A stretch of DNA of 64,000 nucleotides from Marsupella aquatica. Lineage: Eukaryota > Plantae > Marchantiophyta. The notes beneath the pieces are model-generated. The model was given only the letters and a program-made list of their open reading frames with translations. It made no database searches and was not told the origin of the DNA. The translations under genes were made by a program, and so were the position numbers. Below are positions 63,681-64,000 of the stretch, piece by piece (positions within the stretch are counted from its first letter, which is position 1; every line of letters starts with the position of its first letter). The DNA is taken from contig OZ316891.1 of the NCBI GenBank assembly GCA_973895155.1, forward strand, positions 335,458 to 399,457, read 5' to 3'.

Positions 63681-64000
63681 AGACAACCGGCAACTCTCAA
63701 TGAGCCGAGGCTCAAGTCTTAAGTAGCATCAGAAACCCAACCATCCAGCCTGAGCCAGCTCCCATCAACGAGGCTCATCCAAACTCCAAGCGTGGTGACT
63801 CACCCAAACACCAAACCTGGTGACGATGAGTCACCCAATCACCACACCTCAATCCATCCAACCAAGCAGCCTCTCCGAGTCAGCATGCATGCAACCCAAC
63901 CGGGAAGCCTCGTCCATCATCCCCTATAAAGGCCATTCCTGAGCCGAAATCATTCGGCACGACATCCTCCCCCAGTAAACCTAAGCAGCCTCCGGTCTGC
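63681..64000 (-). mobile_element. Second, inverted copy of the same Gypsy family (3-prime internal region, PPT and partial 3-prime LTR), running off the window
   Basis: Reverse complement of about 62878-63197 with its own SNPs; LTR start at 63964, PPT at 63965-63973. Confidence 0.9.

Overview
Eukaryotic nuclear DNA, most likely from a moss or another early-diverging land plant. This is inferred from GT-AG introns, CCCTAAA telomere motifs, a moss-style PLS-DYW PPR gene and a plant nad5 fragment. The window holds three host-type genes: a 4-exon SLC22/OCT-like transporter with a frameshift in exon 2 (1279-4977), an intact 32-motif PLS-E1-E2-DYW RNA-editing PPR gene built from near-identical 303-bp modules (14310-18419, minus), and a Crinkler-type REase+kinase gene with one frameshift (39475-41582). 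The rest is mostly transposon-derived: a 7.2-kb MULE with TIRs and a perfect 10-bp TSD carrying a second gene (25242-32471), a decayed Sola1/DUF7869-like transposase locus (44-48.5 kb, possibly extending to about 54 kb), a Ty3/Gypsy element joined tail-to-tail to an inverted copy (56577-64000), solo LTRs and telomere-like C-rich satellites. A short nad5 NUMT with apparently pre-edited codons lies 1 kb downstream of the PPR gene. All family assignments come from motif recognition only; no searches were run.
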